A stretch of DNA of 64,000 nt. Origin: the human T2T-CHM13v2.0 reference genome, Homo sapiens. Shown here piece after piece: positions 43,456-63,070 of the stretch (the stretch's first letter is position 1; each line of letters starts with the position of its first letter). Position numbers and translations under genes: made by a program. The notes under the pieces were generated by a model that saw nothing but the letters and a program-made list of their open reading frames with translations, did no database searches and had not been told where the DNA came from. The stretch is taken from assembly GCF_009914755.1 (NCBI RefSeq), contig NC_060929.1; one strand, 5' to 3'.

Positions 43456-43916
43456 ATTTTAAGAAACTTATTAACTAGTGTATTAATATTCTCCAAAGAT
43501 AAAAAAAAATTTACAATTACAAAACAAGAAGTAAAGGCTTTCTGAATTACGAACACATATACACAGACACAAAGAATATAACTTCAGTTGTAGAACTGAA
43601 GTTATAAGATTAAGATTAAACAAAGAAAACACAAAAACTCACTGGTCTATATATATTCTGTGCAAATGAGCACAAAATTCTTAATTGATTTGAGCTCAGA
43701 ATACACAGACACTTAATCAGTGGAGGGGGGAAAAGTCGAGAAACAGAAATTCAAGAGTGTTAAAGTTCTGTTACTGCTTGATATTCATCTGCAGGAGCTA
43801 CAAAACATGTGCTGGGGTTCCTTTAAAGTGTACATCTCCAGCAATATGCCTCCCCTGGCTCTATTAAACATTATGAACATCTTGGAAGATGATCTCTTAA
43901 ACTGTTAAAGTTTAAA

Positions 43917-44211
43917 TTTTTTTTTTTTTGTAGAGACAGAGTCTTGCTCTGTCATCCAGGCTGGAGTGCAGTGGCGCAATCTCCGGCTCACTGAAACCTC
44001 CGCCTCCCGGGTTCAAGCGATTCTCCTGCCTCAGCCTCCTGAGTAGCTAGGATTACAGGCGCACCACCACGCCCGGCTAATTTTTGTATTTTTAGTAGAG
44101 GCGGGGTTTCACCATGCTGGGCAGGATGGTCTCGATCTCCTGACCTCGTGATCCACCCATCTTGGCCTCCCAAAGTGCTGGGATTACAGGCGTGAGCCAC
44201 CACGCCCAGCC
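43917..44211 (-). mobile_element. AluSc-like
   Basis: TSD aagtttaaatttt. Confidence 0.95.
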
Positions 44212-44614
44212 AAGTTTAAATTTTTAAAAAAGAAAATCAGAGCTTTTAACAAATGTAAAATGAAAACATGTCAAAGATTTTTTAGAACTCATTGATTAAT
44301 AAGGGAACCAGAAAGGTTTTAAAAACAAGGCCAAAGGAGAATCCAAGGAGCAAACAAAGATATAGGCTGTCAGATAGGCTGAAATGAATTTGTTAATAGA
44401 TGCAAAGCTAGTGGGTATCCACAGGGAAATAAATGCATCCCCACTAGCAAAAAATGTATTTGCATTTCGATAGACAAGAATTATTTGTATTACCATCTGT
44501 TTACAACAACTAAGAGTGGTAAGATAACTCTGAGGCAATGAAAGATGTAGCTAAACAAGAAGCTTGGGCTAGACAAAAACCAAGCATTCCATAGAACACC
44601 CAATCATCTTCAAA

Positions 44615-45202
44615 GTGTAACAGTGAAAAGGAGGCCTAGTCTGACTGACTCCATTTTGCTTTTAATTGCCCCCACTTGGTGATATCCTTTAGATTAACTC
44701 CTTCTGCTTATGTCTACACATGAGCCAAGCTAACTATGGGAGGAATTGTTTATAGGTTAACTTAAAGTAAGGATGATAATAGTCCCTTTCCTAAACTAAC
44801 TCCTGAGGAGATAACGAAGGTGTACACACAAGTTACAATATTATGTAACTTTTAGGATAATATTAGTAATAATAGGATAATATTAATTATCCTATTAAGA
44901 TTTATAGGAGCACTGTGACTTGACCAAAGACAAAGAAGTTTCACAACCTCCTTGGACTCTCGCTGACGCCGATGTTTGTGGTCATTGATGACCTCCTGAT
45001 CCCATCCCCCTCCCTTTTCCCCTTTCCCCAACATAAAAGGAGTCAAATCTGTATTAACTTAAGATGGTTCGTTAGGACATTAGTTCACCACCATCTTGGT
45101 TTGCTTGCTCTCTGAATAAAGTTGCTCTCCTTGCCCCAACATCTCTTCTCTTAACTTATTGACTGTCATGTGGTGAATCATACAAGCTTGGACTCAGCCA
45201 CA
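44615..45202 (+). mobile_element. ERV1 solo LTR (LTR8/LTR26-like group)
   Basis: gactccattttgctt...agccaagctaactatgggaggaatt...aaggatgataatagtccc motifs; aataaa near the 3' end. Confidence 0.55.
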
Positions 45203-45732
45203 AAATTGTTCCACTGTTTTTCCTGACACTATTTTCTTTCACCTCTCAGTGTGCCTCTTTCCCACTACCCTCAAGCTGTCCTAACAACCTCACAAAAGCC
45301 TGCCCTTTACTTCTCTATCCTCCTCCCTCAGCACACGTCCCATTTGCCGATTGGCTCCAATGCAGTTGTTCTCCATTAACTTTCAGAAAAAGCACTAGGA
45401 GTAAAGTAATGCATAAGAAGAATCTATCAGCCCCATGTATTTTATCTGCTCAAGTGTATGGATATGCTGACAGTAACAATAATAGTAATGATATTTATTA
45501 TCCTAAATAAAATCTCTAATTGAAAGTATTTTTTAGTTGGTAGCAAAGTAAACAAAAATCATTTAGACAACTTACAGGGAACAAGTTTTTTATGTTGGGT
45601 AAATATTAGGCAGCCCAGCTGTGGCTGTTCTTGATCTTCCAAATTTTGGACTTCATAGAAAAGCTTGTAGCAAAAGTCACATGAGTTTCAATAGTCAGGG
45701 AAGTAAAGGTGGGGTCAGTAGCAGTTGGGATG

Positions 45733-46331
45733 TGTAAAAGTTATCAGAATCAAAACAGAGTCACTAATATTAAGAAATCCCTGACAAATCAAGCCAGGGA
45801 AGGCCATGAAGAAAGCGTTCTCATGCTTGTATGCCTGGTAACAAAAACTATCACAAAAGACTGCAAAAAGCATAACCTTGCACGAAAGCCATCGTATCCT
45901 TATACAAAAAATACTTCTACAAGGATATCTGCCCAGCAACTGTCTGTCCCATAAGTGATCTTGGGCTGGCATCACCCTTGTTACTAATGGCAAGGATATT
46001 GTAGCCAAGGATAATTTTTTCCAAACAATTATGTAATCCTCCTCATTTTTTTCTTTAAAAATCTTTATCTTCCTTCACCTCCCTGAATGTGCACATAGTT
46101 TACTATGGCATGAATATTCCCATTGCAATGCTCCATTCCCAAACAAATATTTTTTCTTTTAGAGAACATCATCTTTAGATTACTTATAATACCGAATACA
46201 ATGTAAATGCAATGGAAATAGCTGTTATACTGTATTGTTTAGGGAATAATGAAAAAACTCTGTATATGTACAGCACAGGTGCAACCATCATTATTACAAT
46301 TATTGAGAGAAGCATGTTACATAGGTTGACA
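45733..46331 (+). mobile_element. MER65A-like LTR with a ~150-bp foreign insert near its 3' end
   Basis: tgtaaaagttatcagaatcaaaacagagtcac... to terminal tgttacataggttgaca. Confidence 0.8.
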
Positions 46332-46782
46332 AGCATATAGGTGTTTATTTTTTAAAAGTTGCACATACAGAAATATGTAATTATCTGTTCTTTGATGGGG
46401 ACAGTAGTCATTGGGTAAATGAGTTCTGGTCATTTAAAATCATTTTGTTTACATAAGTCATCTTGTGGTAACAAAATGTTATGAGTAATGTTTCCCTCTT
46501 TGTAGAAAGTGGGAGAATTGTTATGAAGCTTTTTATTTACTTAAAACAAAGTAGGTCACTTTAATGTAGTGATTTAAATCATTTTAATTTAGAAATATTT
46601 CTATTTTTATTTAAAAGAGTTAAAATACTTAAAATTTCAATGTTATGGTCTTTATTTTTATTTTCACATGTTCCTCAATTTAGCACTTTTGAGTTTATTG
46701 AAACTTGCTACACATGTCTGTCTTTAAGTTATCCTCTCACTAATCATGGTTTTGAGAAAAACTCTGTGAAGAAAATGATATA

Positions 46783-47122
46783 CAGTTGGCCCTCTATATC
46801 TGTGTGTCCCACACTAAGGGGTTCAACCAAATGAGGATTAAAAATATTCAGAAAAGAAATGATGGTTGCGTCTGTACTGTCAGGGTTTTTTTCATTATTC
46901 CCTAGATAATACAGTATAACAGCTCTTTCCATTTCATTTCATTTACATTGTATTGGATATTATAAGTAACCTACAGATGATTTAAAGTATGTGGGAGGAT
47001 ATGTATAGGTTACATGCAAATACTATGCCATTTTATATCAGGGACTTAAGCACCCCTAGATTTCATTGTCTGTGGGAGGTCCTGAAACCAGTCCCCCACA
47101 CACAGATGCTTCGGGATGACTG
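46783..47122 (-). mobile_element. MER2 (Tigger-type MITE)
   Basis: TIRs CAGTTGGCCC.../...GGGATGACTG, preceded by TA; typical MER2 body. Confidence 0.85.
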
Positions 47123-47248
47123 CAATTGATTTTCATTGATTGATGAAGTACAAGAAAAGAAAGAAGTGATGTAATGACAGATGGTGTCTTGGAAAAGGTT
47201 CTCATTATTACAATTATTGAGAGAAAGCATTCAATAAAAGTTTGCATT

Positions 47249-47876
47249 TGTAAACCAAAAATAAAATTCTAAGCTCCTCAACAGACTAATGGTCCCTCCT
47301 CTCGGCCAAGGGCATTCCAAAGTTAACCTAAAAAACTAGTCCAGGCCATGATGGAAAGTAGAGGTTGAACATGACTCATTTTACCCTCCTCCTATTGGAA
47401 TTCAGGCACAGCTGACCAGCATTAACATTAAAACAGAGACCTTAAGACTGGTAGAACAGAGTCTCTAATTCTATAAGAAGCATTCCCTTCTGTTGATTGT
47501 GTTTGCATGATGAGAACCTTGGTCTCCACAACCTTTTAACTCGGACATTCCCTTCTATTGATTCTAGGTCTTTAGACAGTAACTTGATCCTTTCAACCAA
47601 CTGTAAATTAGAAAATTCTTGAATCCACCTATGACCTAGAAGCTCCTGCTTTGAGTTGTCCACCTTTCTGGACCAAACCAATGTACATCTTATATGTATT
47701 GATTGATGTCTTACGTCTCCCTAAATTGATGTCTTATGTCTCCCTAAATTGTTCAGCTGTAGCCTGAATACCTTGGGCACATGTTCTGAAGATTTCCTGC
47801 GGTTGGGTCACAGGCCATTGTGACTTAGAATAAATCTCTTCAAATATTTTACGGAGTTTGACTCTTTTCATTGATA
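47249..47876 (+). mobile_element. MER4B/D-like solo LTR
   Basis: Starts TGTAAACCAAAAATAAAATTCTAAG; 4-bp TSD catt/tatt. Confidence 0.8.
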
Positions 47877-47886
47877 TATTTATCTT

Positions 47887-48245
47887 GACAAAGACTCTCT
47901 CCTTGAGCAAACTTTACTCAAATTCCTCTGAGTCCTCTTTTCAGCTAAGCCCTAATCTTGGCGCCACTATGTCTTTGGACTGCCTAGCCCATAGTTTTAG
48001 CAAGAATCCTGCTAAGTCAGTTTAGCAAGAATCCTCACCCACCCACTCTTGATATTTGATCATGCTTGAGATCTGACCAAGATACCCATCCTTCACGTTT
48101 GAGGTATAAGTCTTTGGCCTGTCTTTAGCAAGAATCCTATTTGATCAGTTTAGCAAGAATCTCCCTAACTTGATATATTCTCTTAGTAATTTTCATTCAA
48201 TGACTCCCTCACTCTGCTCTTTGCTTATAAATTTCCAGATTCTTG
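47887..48245 (+). mobile_element. MER67/MER31-group LTR (3' truncated)
   Basis: TGACAAAGACTCTCTCCTTGA start; repeated gtttagcaagaat motif. Confidence 0.65.
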
Positions 48246-48249
48246 CAGG

Positions 48250-49062
48250 TGGCTGGTTCCAGATGGAGTCCATGACCAGAATGAGAACTTCATGCCTGCT
48301 CTTTCCCAATTGGTTATTTCTGAATAATGCTTTTAAATCAATCAAATGTTGCCTTTTTCAAGGCTACCTACAGCCCACACCTCCCCAGTTCTGAGCCTAT
48401 AAAAACCTCACACTCAGCCACATGGGGATACTACCTGCCTTTGGGTGGGGACAATCCACCTTCAGGTTGGGGACTACCCACTTCTGGTCCATCTCTGCTG
48501 AGAGCTATTCTGTCACACAATAAAACTTCTCCACCTTTCTCACTCTCTGGTTGTCTGTGTAACCTCATTCTCCTTGGATGTGGGACAAGAACCCAGGACC
48601 ATGGAACAGTGGGTACAAAAGGAACTGTAGCACGGATGAGCTGCGACCCTTCTGGGGCCCAGACCTCGGGACTCCCTGAGCCAGAGCTGTAACACACTAA
48701 CACCCCCTTTGGGGTTCCATGGTTGCTGGTGTCTCCAAGTTTTTTGGTAACCACCGTGTTCTGCTTGTCCAGACACCAGCACTCAGGGAAGAAGCTACTT
48801 GTGGTACGCCTGGTCCAGCCATAGCCTCACACAGAGCCAGTGCCTGGGGCCACCCATCCTGCTGCAGCAGCCAGCATGCCTGGCTCACTCTCAGTGGGCA
48901 TGAGATCCAGGCTGGTAGCACGAGCCAAGTACAGCCTGCCAGGGCCGAGTCGGCAGCGCAAGTCTAGTGGCAAGCCCAGAGCTGAGCAAAGCCCAGACAG
49001 GAGTGCTGCCAAGCCACGGAAATTTCCGACTGGGAAGCAGCACCAAAAAAGAATCCTGTGTC
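48250..49062 (+). mobile_element. LTR27/LTR28/LTR1-group LTR
   Basis: cctataaaaacc, ctgctgagagct...aataaaac and a GC-rich U5 ending aatcctgtgtca. Confidence 0.6.
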
Positions 49063-49361
49063 ACTTATACCATATACAAAAATCAATTCAAGGTGAATTA
49101 AAGACTTAAATGTAAAACCCAAAACTAAAAATCCTGGAAGACAATCTAGGCAATACCATGCTGGACGTAGGAACGCGCAAAGATTTCATGACAAAGACAC
49201 CAAAAGCAATTGCAACAAAAGCAAAAATTGACAAGTGTGATATAATTAAGCTTATTGGGTACTGGGCATAACTTCCTGGGCAATGAAATAATCTATACAA
49301 CAAACCCCTGTGACATGAATTTACCAATTTAACAAACCTTCACACGTACCCCTGAACCTAA

Positions 49362-49394
<33 letters not shown>
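49063..49394 (+). mobile_element. L1P fragment: late ORF2 piece fused directly to the extreme 3' end plus poly(A)
   Basis: ...gacaagtgtgatataattaag|cttattgggtactggg...cctgaacctaaaa then A-tail. Confidence 0.8.
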
Positions 49395-49395
<1 letters not shown>

Positions 49396-50107
49396 ACAAG
49401 TGCTTTGGAAAACCAGAGAAAATGGATCAGTGAATCCTGTGGAGGGAGGGGGAGATCTTTTGGGACGCCTTCACAGAATGGAGCAGCTGACTGTGTGTTT
49501 TAAGTATGATAATGATAATGACAACAATTAACCTCTGTTAATTAGATACACTTCTGATACTGTGTGGTGGTGGTCTGAGACTGAAATGAGAGATGATTTT
49601 GAGAAGGCAATTTATAATAAATCCAGGTTATGTAAAGTCTTGAATTACACCCAGGGAACCAGTAACAGATACGTAAGCCTTAGCAGATCTTGACTGGCAA
49701 AAATTACTAGACAAAAGCCACTATGCTGTCCTCACCCTATGTCCTACATTCTTCTATTCTTCTCAACCTAGTGTTTTCATGCTCTTTCAAGCCATATAAG
49801 CAGCCACCTCTTACCCATGTCCTTCCAGTGAGTTTAGGTAGTTGCCCTTCAACATTCCCATTATTCACAAATAACAATAAAAAATACACAATATTCCAAG
49901 TGTATTAACATATGGTTTTACAAAAGTGTAGGAAAAGAGTTTTCTTGCTTTGATACTGGAGTCAGAATTTCCTAGGGAGGGGATTCAGTAATCACTTAGA
50001 AAAATATCAGTAGTGTTTCTAAGCTAAAACACACTCTGGCCCTGTTTTTCAAAAGTTCCCATTTCAATTCCACCTTCAGTTACTTCTCCCACTACCCCCA
50101 TCCCATT

Positions 50108-50115
50108 CTGTCTGC

Positions 50116-50194
<79 letters not shown>
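50108..50194. repeat. Compound (CTGT)n(CT)n(CA)n microsatellite
   Basis: Directly visible. Confidence 0.95.
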
Positions 50195-50197
<3 letters not shown>

Positions 50198-51159
50198 GTT
50201 CCTTTTTCTCTTTTGGGTGCTAACATGCATTTGATTGGTCCAGAGTCAGCTATTCAAAATGCCTCAGGTAGAGAAAAATTTATTAACAACTCAGTGACTG
50301 CAGTTTCTTATCTTAAATCCTTCCAGCTATACAAAGGAAAAGTCATTAAAGCCAATGATTCTCTGATAAGGCTTTCTTCACATCATTTATAAAGATGCTA
50401 AAAAGACTGATTCTACCATTAATTATTAAATCAACCCTTCAAACTTCTCATTTATCTACTCTATTTATTTCCTATCTCCAGGCCAACTTTCAGTTTTGGA
50501 CAAAATCCCACCTCCTTCCCTGTCTTATTTCCATAACGAATTTTGAAAAAAACAAAAAAAAACAAAAAAAATTTCAGCCCTTAGTCCTCTTCATCCACAT
50601 TTTCTCCTTTGAAGAATTCCAATAAATCAAGCATAATTTTATTTTTGCAAAACACCACCAATGTTTTGTTTTCCCACTTGGCGATTTTATTATTTACAAA
50701 TCCGGTAGTTGTAGTTGCATAAATGAGAAAAAGTTAAAGCAAATTTTCTGTCTGAGAGCTAATTTCCATATCTGTGAAAAGGCCAGCCCAGCAGCTCTTC
50801 CATGGTTAATGAGCTCCTGTAAGGGAGGACCACTAACACACAACCAGCAGGTGCACAATCACTGTTGCTTCTGCTCCAGACAGCTCACAGGCCGCTTTGT
50901 ATCATGCTCACGTGATCCTTCTAAACTGGCTTCATCTTGTACAGAGCTATCACCTGTTATGCCACCAGTCTAGCCAATAGTAGTTCAATTTCAGCCACAA
51001 TTGGATTGACGTGGGTTACTCTCCTTTTTTTCTGCCTTAAATCTTTTCATCAACAAAGCAGAGTAGTACATACGTGCATGCATTTATTTTGTCAATGTAA
51101 CTTGCAGCATTTTAGATATGAATCACTATTTGATGCAGTAACTCACATATAGGATCATG

Positions 51160-51670
51160 TATTTATTCATTAATTCATTCATTCAACACATATTTTTGAG
51201 CATCTACTCTGAACCAAACACTTCTAAGATGTATTGAATAAAACTGTCAAAGTGCCTGTTTCTTGGGGCAGCCAGTGAGCAGTGAGGGGTGGGAGGGTTG
51301 GGTGAGGGAGCTAACATTTTAGAAAACAAGAGTATGTGTTTTGGGAACTGGGGCTATCTTAGATAAGGTAAGTAACAGAAGCCTCTTGATGAGGTAACAT
51401 TTGGACAGATTGAGGAATGCAATGAGTGAGCAGATTATGCTGAAAGGTGATGGGGTCCGGGGAGAGGGCAGTAAGTGCAAAGGCCCTGAGGTACAACTCC
51501 CAGAATAGTAAGGAGGGAGTGTGGCTAGAGCAGAGTGACTAAGGGCAAAGTATAGTAGAAATCTGAGAGGTAGCTACAGGCAACATCAAGAGTGACTTTC
51601 TTCAGCTCTAGTAATGTCTTCAGAATTCATTCTGAATGATGTGGGAAACCACTAGAAGGAATACCATTTC
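51160..51670 (-). mobile_element. L2 3' region
   Basis: ttcattcattcaacacatatttttgagcatctact and aagtgcaaaggccctgagg. Confidence 0.75.
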
Positions 51671-51723
51671 AAACTGGGCCCTGCTTTTAAAAAGACCAAT
51701 GCTAAAAATCAACTCAGTCCTTG

Positions 51724-52483
51724 TGTTACCAGAAAGGGGGCCCTTTCCAGGCCCGAAAAGAGGATTCTCAGATTTCACACAAGAAAGAATTCAGGGTGAG
51801 GCCGCAGAGCAAAGTGAAAGCAAATTTATTAGAGAAGTAAAGAAATAATGGCTACTGCATAGGCAGAGCAGCCTCGAAGGCTGCTGGTTGGCTGTTATTA
51901 TCATTATTTCTTGATCATATGCTAAACAAGGGGTGGATTATTCAGGAGTTTTCTGGAAAAGGGGAAGGGAATTCCCAGGGAACTGGGGGTTCCTCTTCCT
52001 TTTAGACCATATAGGGTAACTTCTGGACTTAGCCATGGCATTTGTAAATTGTCATGGTGCCGGTGGGGGTGTCTTTCAGCATGCTAATGCATTATAATTA
52101 ACATATAACGAGCAGCTGTCACTTTCATCACCATCTTGGTTTTGACACGTTTTGTCCAGCTTTTTTACTAAATCCTGTTCTTATCAGCGGTGTCTCTGTG
52201 TAACTGTGTCTTCCACAAGAATTTATATTATTATCTTTAAAGCAAAACCTATTCTTAAACTAAGAGTGCTTTTGTTCTTAAGATATCAGAACATAAAGAC
52301 ATTTCCTGGGTCTGTTAAGTCCTGGGTCTGTTTGGTAAACATTATTAATCTGTTCCCTTAACCATAAATATCCTGTGACTAAGAGTGCTTTACCTCCTCG
52401 GGAATGCAGCTGAGTACTTCTCAACCTCATTTTACCCAGCCCCGATTCAAGATGGAGTCACTCTGGTTCAAATGCCTCTGACA
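51724..52483 (-). mobile_element. MER41-family solo LTR
   Basis: Minus strand begins TGTCAGAGGCATTTGAACCAGAGTGACTCCATCTTGAAT and ends ...CCCCTTTCTGGTAACA; TSD cttg/catg. Confidence 0.8.
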
Positions 52484-52513
52484 CATGCATGCGTCGTTTT
52501 ATTTCTGCCTTGA

Positions 52514-52843
<330 letters not shown>

Positions 52844-53106
52844 TAATCTTACAATAATTAGCTGACATAAAAGTTCAACAAACATTTTCTGTAAAGAGCC
52901 AGATGTAAATATGTTAGACATTTTGGTTCATACAATTTATGTCACAATTATTCAACTCTGCCACTGTAGTATAAAAATAGCCATAGACATGTGTGAACAA
53001 AGGAGCATAGCTATGTTCCAATAAAACTTTATTTATAGACCCTGAAATGGAAATTTTATATAATTTTCATGTCATGAAATATTACTATTTTTTTCCCAAC
53101 CATTTT

Positions 53107-59775
<6,669 letters not shown>

Positions 59776-60222
59776 TTTTTCCCAACCATTTTAAAATGTA
59801 AAACCCTTTCTGAGTTCATGGGTCATACAAAAAGAGGCCTTGGATCAGGTGTGATGGCTCTCGCCTGTAATCTTAGCTACAACTACTCAGGAGACTGAGG
59901 TGGGAGGATTGCTTGAAGCTAGGAGTTTGAGACCAGCCTTGGCAACATAGTGAGACCCTTTATAAAAAAAAAGAAGAAGCCTTGGGTTGGACTGAATTGG
60001 ACCCACAGGTTGTAGTTTGCCATCCTCTGTCTAAATCATAATTTGTTACAATATTATACTGGGTTTTTATTTTTAGGCTACTGGAAGAAGAAATAATAAC
60101 TTGTGGCAGAAGAAAAAAATTACTGCCATTTGAAATCTCTTAAGTAACATATTCACTTATATATTTAAAACAAAAATATGCAAGAAAATGTACTGACATC
60201 TTCTTAAGTGAATATAATTTTT

Positions 60223-60517
60223 GGCTGGGTATTGTGGCTCAAGCCTGTAATCCTAGCATTTTGGGAGGCCAAGGCAGGAAGATCACTTGAGCCAGGAGTT
60301 CGTGACCAGCCTGGCCAACATATCAAGGCCTTGTCTCTACAAAAAAATAAAATAAAATAATTAGCTGGGCACAGTGGTACACACCTGTAGTCCCAGCTAC
60401 TTGGGAGACTGAGGCAGTAGGATGCTTGAGCCTAGGAGGTTGAGGCTGCATTGAGCCATGATCACGCCACTGCACTCCAGTCTTGGTGACAGAGCAAGAT
60501 TCTGTCTCAAAAAAAAA
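60223..60517 (+). mobile_element. AluJ
   Basis: Dimeric Alu; degenerate TSD atata(a/g)ttttt. Confidence 0.9.
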
Positions 60518-61619
60518 GTATATAGTTTTTAAGGTCAAAAATATGAGTGTATGTAAAACAGAAAAGAGAAAAATCACTTTTATAAGAAATCTGAAAAACA
60601 CATCTAAATTTTTATAGCTCAGAAATAAAATAGAAAGTCTGTCTAGAAATAAAGCTATTAAATGTGGAATTTTCTAAAGAATCTAAAACTAGGGTAAAGC
60701 TTACTTGTGTGCAGTAGATGACAGCCATCACTGAGTAATTTCCACAGCAATGGACAACTTCTAGTACCTTCCAAAGTTCTTTGACTCACCAGCTTGATGA
60801 TACTTGAAGTTTCTTTAAACAGAATGAATCCTTTTATTTCATATATATAAGTAAAGCTTAAAATAAATGTAAGGTTTTAAAAAATGACAATATGTACACT
60901 TAAATGAATAGTTTTAAGGGATATCAACCTCCTAAGCACCTTCTCCTAAAATTGATCTGCCTATAATGCCTGACTTCCCAGTAGTCCATAAGAAGGGCAC
61001 ACTGATGTCCCATCTCTCATCCCAAATCTCACTACAACAGTTGACTCTGGAGCCTAAATATCTCTGAGGAACCAAAAATAGAAATATAAAGTTTATTTTG
61101 TTCAAGAAAACCTTTTGCAATGATTAATTAACGCACATATGTCTTATGCATATGTCTGTTAAAGGTAAAGTTTGGTCTGAGAAATAAGGTGTTTTGACCT
61201 ATGTTGAAATGCTCTGAGTTCAGAATAGGATAGGTAGTGTAGATGATGATACCTATTCCTTTAAATGCAAATAGAATGTGTCATGACACTATCAAGTATT
61301 TGAAATAAAACCCACAGATAAAAAGTTAACATCACTTCCTCAGATGGGATATACTTATTCAAAAATGTAGTTTAGAATCATTTCATCAAATCCTATCTTG
61401 AAAGATTGATTTCAATTTTACTCAATCATCCCATTTTATGTAAAAAATATGTAAGATTTTGTATCTTCTATTAACAATAAATACACTTTTAAAAATACAT
61501 GATAAAATTTTAGTTGTCAAAAATGAGCAAGAATGTTCATAGATTTTCATATTTATTTTAATGAATAAGTAAACAAAAGTGTTTGAAAACATTGTGAATC
61601 ATTGTCCTAGAAAGCTACG

Positions 61620-62300
61620 TCAGAGTCAGAATGGCTATGATTAAAAAGTCTAAAAACAAAAGATATTGGCAAGGCTGCAGAGAAAAGGGAATGCTTACAC
61701 ACTGTTGGTAGGAATTTAAATTCAGCCACTATGGAAAAGTAGTTTGGAGATTTCCCAAAGAACTTACAACTACGTTTTGACGCAGCAATCCCATTATTAA
61801 GTATATATCCAACAGAAAACAAATATTTCTACCAAAAAGACACACACTCACATGTTCATTGCAGCACAATTCACAATAGCAAAGACATGGAATCAACCTA
61901 GGTGCCCATCAATGGTGAACTGGATAAAGAAAATGTGGTACTACTCACCATGGAATGCATGCAGTCATAAAAAGAATGAAATCATATCCTTTGCAGCAAC
62001 ATGGATGCAGCTGGAGGCCATTATCCTAAGCAAGTTAATACAGAAACAGAAAACCAAATATCACATATTCTAACTTGAAAGTAGGTGCTAAACATCAGGT
62101 ACTCATGGATATAAAGATGGAACAACAGACACAGGGGACTACAAGAGGGAGGGAGGAGACACAAGGGTTGAAAAACTAACTGTTGGGTACTATGCTCAGT
62201 ACCTGGGTGAAGGAATCAGTCATACCCCGAACCTCAGCATCATGCAATATACCCAGGTAACAAACCTGCACACGTACCTCCTGAATCTAAAAATTGAAAA
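61620..62300 (+). mobile_element. 5'-truncated L1PB/L1MA 3' end
   Basis: ORF2 C-terminus (MFIAAQFTIAKTWNQPRCPS), 3'UTR and TSD agaaagcta. Confidence 0.85.
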
Positions 62301-62574
62301 AGAAAGCTAAGTGTGGCACTTGGTTCCTGGAGAGGGAGCAAGAAACCGGGAGAGGCAGGAAGCATGGGGAAATTTGGGGGACAGCACAGAAAGTCACTGA
62401 AGAACCTAAACACAAGTACCTACTTTACAATTTTTCCAAAGAACAGCCCTAGTGCTATTTACTAAATCTACTTCTTTCCTCATTCCTTTAAGATTGGGCA
62501 AGAAAGGAGATGAAGAGGAAGTAGCTTAACACAAATTGTCCAAATTAACCAACATTTTTGAATGCAAAAGTAAA

Positions 62575-63070
62575 GCTTGAGGGAGCTGCATGTGTCCCTG
62601 GCTGGGTCTGAAAGGAAAACTGACAAAGCAACAAGAAAAAAGCATACAACTTTATTTAATACAAATTAAATGTGACATGGGAGCCTTTGTAAGGAAATGA
62701 CCAAAAGGAACAGTTAAACCGGAGTTTTTAAAATTGTAGTTTCAATGAAGAATGGTGAGTCATGGAGAAATATGCTGGGTAAAGAGAGTGAATCTTATGT
62801 CGTACACTGGGGGAAACTTAGCAAGGCCTTTTTTTTTTTTTTCCAGATTACTTTTTATATCTCTTTGTCTTCAGAGACAAGGATGATCCTTTCCTCCAGG
62901 TAAAGGGAATACACCTCTCACATGAGGGTCTTTGGGAGGTCAGACCTCCCAAAGGAGGTTTTATGACCTGATTCAGGGGAGAAGGGCAAGGGGAAGGTGA
63001 GAGTGACCTTCCTGTTTCTGATGTTTTCTCAAATTCCTTCAGCCAAAAATATTCAGCCTGAACCCTATCA
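62575..63070 (-). mobile_element. MER34/MER39-group LTR, followed by a MIR remnant (~63075-63250)
   Basis: Reverse-complement similarity to the LTR at 36370-36770; end cctgaaccctatca. Confidence 0.55.
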
